A DNA stretch of 63,774 nucleotides, counting the filler, from Octopus bimaculoides (taxonomy: Eukaryota): assembly GCF_001194135.2 (NCBI RefSeq). It is 5 parts of 4 records of this genome, joined end to end, with 100 filler letters (N's around TTAATTAATTAA, not from the genome) between each part and the next. Parts side by side here need not be neighbours in the genome. Positions count along the whole stretch, not along the records: positions 60,104 to 63,774 come from NC_068987.1; 4 more parts are not named here. One strand, given 5' to 3'. Below, one piece after another: positions 60,560-63,774 of this stretch (its first letter is position 1; every line of letters starts with the position of its first letter). The notes under the pieces are model-generated. The model had not been told where the DNA came from. It was given only the letters and a program-made list of their open reading frames with translations, and made no database searches. Both the position numbers and the translations under genes were made by a program.

Positions 60560-61790
60560 TACATTTCAAATAGCTTGGCATGACCAAAGTCATGCACACT
60601 GCAATATGTATATTTAATTTTTCACTGTACTAAGAGCTAGAAGGTTTCCAGTTGCAGGCACTCTTCCAAATCATGCAATATGTTTGGTTCTATAATTTTT
60701 CAAAAAAGTGGAATGTAATTCATGATTACATGAGGGAATCACATCAGAGAATTTCGTTAATGTATTTAAACTGTATGATCAAAGGATAATGTACGATTAC
60801 CTTATACATAACCTGCATTTATTCAAAGTAACACTGTAAGTGGGTGGGGCTCCACAATTATGAACCAGGATAAAGAATAATCAGTGTTGCTATCTCTTAC
60901 TTAGTGTATATATGTGGCTAGAGTTGCTGAGTTTTAATACTTAACTTTAATAAAGGAATTTTAATGGGCTCTGTACCTCCTCTTAAAATCAACAGCGCTT
61001 CCTATATAAACCTTAGTGTTTTGGTTATCTACTTTTACTGTACACTTATACACCACATTTTTCCTAAGCAAGTGGACATGATTCAGGCACTCTACAGCTA
61101 CAAGTTTTTTCTAAATTTGTTCTGCTATCATTCCTGTCTTTTGTTTTATTGGTTTCTTTTTATTTTTTAGAGGTGGGTTAGCAAGATCGGTGACTACCAA
61201 AGGTTGACTTGGATTGACATTATTAATTTTAGATTTACTTAGATTTATTATTCTAAATTTCTTCTTGTTACCAGGTCCTACATTAGGTACATTATTAGTG
61301 TTGGAGTCTTTATTCGATTGGCATTTTATTTATTTCTAATTATGGAAGCTATAATAGATCCTAGATTAGGCATTTCAGAGTAGGAGAATTTTATCAAAAA
61401 TTTATTACAAATTGAGTAATACTTGTGGTGCTTTGAAAAATTAGCCTTCAAGATCTTGAAAAACAATTTGGGCAAGTTCTTAACTCTAAGAGAAAAAGGG
61501 GGTACAAACCAGATTCCTTCACATTTTCTAGAATTGGCTTGTTTAGTCATGTTAGACTTTTCAGAATCAGGATGTTTATACTTATTATATTTACTATATT
61601 TATTACTAGGTTGTATTCCACTAGGTATGATATGATTGCTACATGGCTTATTTATATCTATGTTTGTCAATACAGGGTTTGGTCAAATAGTTTTAGAGAA
61701 AGAGTTAGGAGGTATATTTGCTTATTTTCTTTTAAGTTTCATGTTTGGTGGGCCTATATCTCCTCTCTCAAATTAAAACATCCTTATTAA
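60560..61790 (-). mobile_element. Penelope-like element 3, degenerate
   Basis: IWFVPPFSLRVKNLPKLFFKILKANFSKHHKYYSICNKFLIKFSYSEMPNL is homologous to the PLE 2 motif; further decayed GIY-YIG-like sequence toward 60600. Confidence 0.75.
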
Positions 61791-62221
61791 GGGGACATTG
61801 TCCACATGGTTTGTAAGACTTATTAATTTTTCTACCAGGACATGAGCTCTAGAAATGGCCATTGAAAGTGAACCTCCTCAAACTGTATTATATACCTTAT
61901 ATACTATTATATTTTTAAAAAAAGACACCAAAGTCTATGGATCATTTAATTGAAACTCTTAACTGCTCTTTATTTCAGTACAAAGAAACTTTTTCAGTCC
62001 TCTATTTATCAGTCTTCTTTTTCTCACACTTCCTTCCATACATATCTCACATGGGTTTTATTTACATGTATTTCTATGTATATTTATATATATATTTATA
62101 TTTTATAAATATTTTTTTAAATATTCATATGTGTTGATATGCATTAATATATGTATACGCACTTTAAGTTGAATTCATAAATGCATGATTATAATTGCTT
62201 AATTTGAGTTTTTATCTTAAA

Positions 62222-62258
<37 letters not shown>

Positions 62259-62297
62259 AAATTTTCCATTTGTTATCTTTTTATTTAATCATAAATT

Positions 62298-62333
<36 letters not shown>

Positions 62334-62869
62334 TGTATGCATGTGTGTGCATGTGTGTGTGTGTGCATGTGTGTGTGCACAAACATAAATAGATAACGTA
62401 AAAGATATATGTAGGTGGTGCCTAAATTCCTATGATTACATAGAGGGTAAATTACATTGATAAATTTGATAGAAGATATGCATAAGTAATACATAGGTAT
62501 ATGGAATGATATCTTTATACATATGACTATATACATATGCATTTCAAACAGGACAAGCTAGGATACTTCATTCTCTCTACAAAAATATTTATTCCACAAA
62601 AGATTTATTACCTCCAGGAAATGCCATAAAACTTGCTTTACAGTAATATATCATGATAGAAGTTGCCATCAGTAGTTTCCTGAAGAATTTACATGTCTTT
62701 GAAGAAAGCTTTAAAGGAAATATTTTCTATCATACTACCAGTGTATTTTATATATTTTTACAAAACAACTCATGATGAGACCAATTATACCTACTGAAAT
62801 GTATGTATGGATGGTTGGATGGATGGATGGTTGGATGGATGGCTGGTTGGATGGATGGATGGATGTGAA

Positions 62870-63170
62870 GGCACATGGCTTAGTGGTTAGAGTATATAGC
62901 TCGCAATTGTGGGGTTGCAAGTTCGATTCCTGGCGGTGTGTTGTGTCCTTGAGCAAGACACTTTATTTCACAGTACTTCAGTCTACTCAGCTGGCAAAAA
63001 TGAGTAGTACCTGTATTTTAAGGGGCCGGCCTTGTCACGCTCTAAGAAGTATGTGAAGGGGTATGTGTGTCTGTGGAGTGCTCAGTCACTTACACATTAA
63101 TCTTATCAGCAAGCTGTTCCTTTGATCAGATCAACTGGAACCTTTGTCTTTGTAAGCGATGGAGTGCCAG
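62870..63170 (+). mobile_element. SINE family C copy
   Basis: GGCACATGGCTTAGTGGTTAG head, AAGTTCGATTCC B-box, tail shared with 4225-4400. Confidence 0.82.
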
Positions 63171-63582
63171 TATAGTATATATATATATGTATGCATGTAT
63201 GTGTAGTGTGTGTATGGGTGTGTGCATGTGTGTGTGTGTGTGCATGCCTGTATGCATGCATGATTGTACGTTTGTATCTATGTGTTCTCTTTCTCTTTTT
63301 AATTTAGAATAAATTTTGACCAACCACCTGCTGGTGGCAATGTTTAGAAGGAAAGCATTTTTTGTTCATTGTCCTTTAAATCTTAGGGTCTTGCAGACTG
63401 TTGATGTTCAAGATATGATCATTTGTAACATATGAATTAGGGATTTGCATTCTGTCCCCAAGAACCTAACCTCAGCCATACTTTACTCCAAATGGGTTGG
63501 TATGTATCCTGTAGCTCAAATAATAATAGATATGAAGCTGAAAGTGTATCCTGGGTACTGAATTTGCAAACTCCTTATCTAA

Positions 63583-63745
63583 TGCAGGAGTGGCTGTGTG
63601 GTAAGTAGCTTGCTTACCAACCATATGGTTCCGAGTTCATTTCCACTGCGTGGCACCTTGGGCAAGTGTCTTCTACTATAGCCTCGGGCCGACCAAAGCC
63701 TTGTGAGTGGATTTGGTAGATGGAAACTGAAAGAAGCCCATCATA
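63583..63745 (+). mobile_element. SINE family A head + core, young copy running into microsatellite at the window end
   Basis: GCAGGAGTGGCTGTGTGGTAAG...ACCTTGGGCAAGTG...GAAAGAAGCCC. Confidence 0.9.
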
Positions 63746-63774
63746 TATATGTGTGTATATATATATATATATAT

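Noticed and set aside
62676-62720. TTTC-CTGAAGA...GAAAGCTT possible HHR
   Set aside because: The stem I partner is out of register and stem II is poor
63583-63660. tRNA-like heads of SINEs as tRNA genes (also 4025, 14205, 54904, 62870)
   Set aside because: A/B boxes are present, but there is no complete cloverleaf and they continue into SINE bodies

Overview
This is AT-rich eukaryotic genomic DNA with many N gaps and microsatellites. The repeat families look like those of Octopus, which is an inference from family recognition. Almost all ORFs in the track are microsatellite, gap or repeat artefacts. The only securely identified host gene is IFT172: two near-terminal exons on the minus strand (58806-58904 and 57962-58115) with canonical splice sites. 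Three further candidate exons of unknown genes are present. The rest is a layered transposon landscape: three tRNA-derived SINE families, many RTE-LINE tails plus one 1.6 kb RTE RT fragment with a PHD-like finger inside the RT domain, a CsRn1-like Ty3/Gypsy element, a second decayed Gypsy fossil not visible in the ORF track, four Penelope-like (PLE) fragments, hAT/piggyBac/foldback remnants and a tRNA-Asp pseudogene. The main hidden signal is about 15 minimal type-I hammerhead ribozyme (HHR) motifs from several unrelated sequence families, found by eye. About 8 have an intact catalytic core. Five loci are inverted-repeat modules carrying two HHRs, and a sixth is gap-truncated; all share the same divergent polarity (left arm minus, right arm plus). 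One HHR insertion has an apparent empty-site counterpart in a local duplication. No ribozyme activity, expression or database match was tested.
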